From contig JBMNHG010000002.1 of assembly GCA_050950285.1 (NCBI GenBank), positions 630,654 through 694,653 of the forward strand: DNA of 64,000 nt, in the 5' to 3' direction. Origin of the DNA: Kiritimatiellia bacterium (GTDB lineage Bacteria > Verrucomicrobiota > Kiritimatiellia > RFP12 > JBMNHG01). How positions within the stretch are numbered: position 1 is the first letter of the stretch; every line of letters starts with the position of its first letter. A program made the position numbers and the translations under genes. Of this stretch, positions 61,481 to 64,000 are shown piece by piece. The notes beneath the pieces were generated by a model. It saw only the letters and a program-made list of their open reading frames with translations, searched no databases and had not been told where the DNA came from.

Positions 61481-62068
61481 ATGCGTTGGATCAGTTTGAT
61501 CGGAATGGTTTTTTGTTCTTTGGGATGTGCCCAGACTTCGTCAAAACCTGAAATGCAGACAGGGTTTGTACGTTATGCCATTGACTTTCATGTTGAAGAT
61601 TTAGAATCGGATAAGTTCCCCGAAGTGATTACGTTGTCGGAGGAGGTGTACACAATGGCACTGCAATGTAAAAGCGAAGATCCTGGGTTGTTCGGGTTGG
61701 CTGTTGCGCTCATCCTGTCAAAATACCATCATTTCTACCTCGCTACTTTTAGGCAGGGATATGGATTGATTGACCCTTCGGATTTTGAATCTGGAGAATA
61801 TCTGAAGGAAGGGAACACCCGATATTTTCTTGTACGAGAATTTTTAGACACGACGGGATGTCACCCTGTTATTGACGACGCGTCTTCTGCATCGGCAAAT
61901 GCGTGGTTTCTGAGCCACTGCGACATGGGGAAAAGCGAACATCTGGCATTAAGAAATGCTTGGTTGAAGAGTCGAAACGAACGTAAAGCGGTTCTGGATA
62001 AATGGCTTGATGCCCACCCGGATTATCCCAAGAATGCCTTTGAAGTCGATTTTCATTCTCCTTGGTGA
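61481..62068 (+). CDS. Hypothetical lipoprotein, putative orphan immunity protein
   Basis: AAGGAG RBS; MRWISLIGMVFCSLGC. Confidence 0.62.
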   Translation: MRWISLIGMVFCSLGCAQTSSKPEMQTGFVRYAIDFHVEDLESDKFPEVITLSEEVYTMALQCKSEDPGLFGLAVALILSKYHHFYLATFRQGYGLIDPSDFESGEYLKEGNTRYFLVREFLDTTGCHPVIDDASSASANAWFLSHCDMGKSEHLALRNAWLKSRNERKAVLDKWLDAHPDYPKNAFEVDFHSPW

Positions 62069-62089
62069 ATTTCTGGACAATCATACTGA

Positions 62090-62420
62090 TAGGAATGCGC
62101 ATCCCCGACTTGCGCACGGTCGTGTCGTCGACGCCGAAGACCAGCGGACGCTCCGGGGGCACGGCGGCGCCGACCTCCTCCAGCGCCTTGTCGAGCAACG
62201 CTCCCGCATCGACCCGGTCACGGCTGTAGAGGCGGTATTCCGCCGTCCAGTCCGAGTCGGCCCGCCCGCCGAGGCAGACGAGGTTCGAGAGCGTCGCCCG
62301 GTCCGGCAGGAGCAGCGCCGAGATCAGGTGCGACCGGAGCCTTCCGGCGGCGGCCGGCCGTGAAGTGGCGCCGCAATCCCCGAGCAGCGCCTCGAACGCG
62401 CTCTTCAGCGGCGTCCCGTT
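62090..62420 (-). pseudogene. Truncated DDE transposase, IS701-like, N-terminal part only
   Basis: RATLSNL...YRLYSR...LVFGVDDTTVRKSGMRIP, then an abrupt switch to AT-rich sequence near 62090. Confidence 0.6.
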
Positions 62421-62614
62421 TTTTTTTCCACGTCCACGGGGTTGGGCGGCGCATCGGGGCGCGAGAGGATGATGTTGGCCTTGTCGGCCACGATCCACTC
62501 GACATGCTCCCCTTTCCGTATCTCCAGCGCATGCGCCAGAGCCGAGGGTATCGTCGCGTAGAACTGCTCGCTGCCCTTGCGGGCGATGTGCTGAACCTTG
62601 GTCTTGTATCCCAT
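62405..62614 (-). CDS. Small AbrB-like protein overlapping the transposase frame
   Basis: AGGAG RBS; FYATIPSALAHALEIRKGEHVEW pattern; A9 run near its 3' end. Confidence 0.6.
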   Translation of the reverse strand: MGYKTKVQHIARKGSEQFYATIPSALAHALEIRKGEHVEWIVADKANIILSRPDAPPNPVDVEKKTGRR

Positions 62615-62861
62615 GTCGCTCTCCTGATTGGGGGTGATGCCCGTATCATAGTTGATCCACTATGATAAAAGCAACAGGAAAAGCGAGCGTTTCAACACGT
62701 TGATGGCTTCGCCGCATCAAAACCCATGGAAAATCATAGTAGAAGGCCAAACTCCAGTCACGGGTTGGAAAACTCGTGCCCCTGTTTTGCAGCATGAATT
62801 GTGGCCGGGTTAGTATCCAAACGCCAGCCTTGATGCGCCGGGGAATCGACAACAGGCAGGT

Positions 62862-63425
62862 TCAACCGTTCAGCCGCCGGCGAAGCGCCGTCCATCCCGG
62901 CAGCCGCCGGTCCATCAACGCCCGGAAATCGGGCCCGTGCCCGTGGATTTCGAGGTGCGTCAATTCGTGGACGACGACGTACTCGATCCGCTCGCGATCC
63001 ATCCGGGCGAGTTCCGTGTTGAAGGTGATCCGCCGGCGCCGGGAATTGCACGACCCCCACCGGGTCTTCATGTTGCGGAACGTCCAGGTCACATCCGGCT
63101 CGCCCAGGCGGGCGGTCCACTCCGCCATCAGCTCGCCGACAAGCCCGGCCAGCGCGGCCAGGCCATCCGCGTCCAACGGCGGCCGGGGCGCTGCGGCCGC
63201 AGCCAGGATCCGCTCCCTCGTGCGGACGACCCACCCCCATTGGGGAACGAGGAACGCCTCGGCCTCCGCGAGCGTCCCCCGCCGCTTCGGCAGGGAAAGA
63301 CGGACATCCCCGTCGCGCTTGATGCGGATGCCGATCCATCGGACCGGCCGCCGCTCGACCGCGACGGGGATGCCGCCCACGATGTTCTGCCCGTATCGAA
63401 GCACGACGGCTTCCGGACAATCCAT
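62862..63425 (-). CDS. YgjP/DUF45-like zinc metallopeptidase family protein
   Basis: MKTRWGSCN, YVVVHELTHL...HGPDF. Confidence 0.88.
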   Translation of the reverse strand: MDCPEAVVLRYGQNIVGGIPVAVERRPVRWIGIRIKRDGDVRLSLPKRRGTLAEAEAFLVPQWGWVVRTRERILAAAAAPRPPLDADGLAALAGLVGELMAEWTARLGEPDVTWTFRNMKTRWGSCNSRRRRITFNTELARMDRERIEYVVVHELTHLEIHGHGPDFRALMDRRLPGWTALRRRLNG

Positions 63426-63794
63426 CTACGCCTCGACGATCTTGGCGCCGGGGGCGTTCTTCCTGACGGAGGCGATGCCGGCGAGGGCGGAACGCTTCGT
63501 CGCGTAGGCCTCGCTCGCGGCGATGACCTGGCCATTCTTCGCCTTCAGGCGGAAGCGGGTCTTCCCGGCCTTGTCCGTGTACAGCTCGAACTTCGGATTC
63601 GCGATCTTCGCGGCGCCCGCGACGGTCTGGTCCTCGATCTCCGCGACGGGCGCGTTCGCCTGAACGCTCGCGATGCCGCCCTTCAATGACTTCGGCGAAG
63701 CGTAGACCTGGGAGGTGGCGATCACCTGTCCATTGGTCGACAGCAGGTTGAATTGCTGGCCTTTCCCGGCCTTTTTCACTTGGAACTTACCCAT
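63426..63794 (-). CDS. yegP: YegP family protein (tandem DUF1508)
   Basis: FNLLSTNGQVIATSQVY...GIASV and RFRLKAKNGQVIAASEAY...GIASV. Confidence 0.88.
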   Translation of the reverse strand: MGKFQVKKAGKGQQFNLLSTNGQVIATSQVYASPKSLKGGIASVQANAPVAEIEDQTVAGAAKIANPKFELYTDKAGKTRFRLKAKNGQVIAASEAYATKRSALAGIASVRKNAPGAKIVEA

Positions 63795-63871
63795 CTTGGA
63801 TGTCCTTTGTTTTGGAGTTGCCTTGTGGTGGTTGCCCTGACAAGGGGGCGATCCCCTTGTTTCACCGTTGC

Positions 63872-63900
63872 ATTCTACTCCGTCGCACGATATTCCGCAA
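63872..63900 (-). promoter_or_regulatory. Candidate promoter for the yegP operon
   Basis: Minus strand TTGCGG-17 nt-TAGAAT, followed by a leader hairpin ACAAGGGG-ATCGC-CCCCTTGT at 63840-63860. Confidence 0.4.
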
Positions 63901-64000
63901 GTCCGAATTGTCCCTGCAACATGCAGGGGGAAAGCAACATGCAGGGGGGGTGCCCCGGACGGGCGGTCCGGGAGGAGGTGGTGGCGGCGGGAAGAGGGCC

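Noticed and set aside
1..64000. tRNA or rRNA genes
   Set aside because: None recognised; nearly all of the sequence is accounted for by coding regions or mobile elements.

Overview
A high-GC bacterial window, probably from the PVC superphylum (Kiritimatiellae-like; this is an inference from protein style). The left part (1-27.8 kb) holds a POTRA/Omp85-like gene tightly coupled to a YadA-type trimeric autotransporter, three large secreted multidomain proteins, a sodium:solute symporter, a glycogen-debranching fusion enzyme, two GT4 glycosyltransferases, a sugar-phosphate isomerase and an L,D-transpeptidase. The right part (27.9-62.1 kb) is a ~34 kb RHS/YD-repeat polymorphic toxin locus: one full-length RHS gene with a frameshift cluster, four orphan RHS cassettes, remnants, and putative immunity genes that are mostly lipoproteins. 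The toxin tips are two LysM-like plus His-Gly/Ala-Cys protease-like domains, an SGNH hydrolase, a Tle1/DUF2235 lipase and an unknown domain. The array carries an IS4-family element, an IS1380-family element and two related group II introns, and is bounded on the right by a truncated IS. Main observation: both introns sit in phase 1 inside the Asn codon of a D-N-x-G-N motif of the RHS scaffold, so splicing restores the reading frame. Their EBS1 loops differ and fit two different RHS sites. The second intron looks chimeric and joins two non-contiguous RHS exons, which points to intron-mediated shuffling and possibly alternative splicing of toxin cassettes. All domain calls come from reading motifs by eye; no database search was run.
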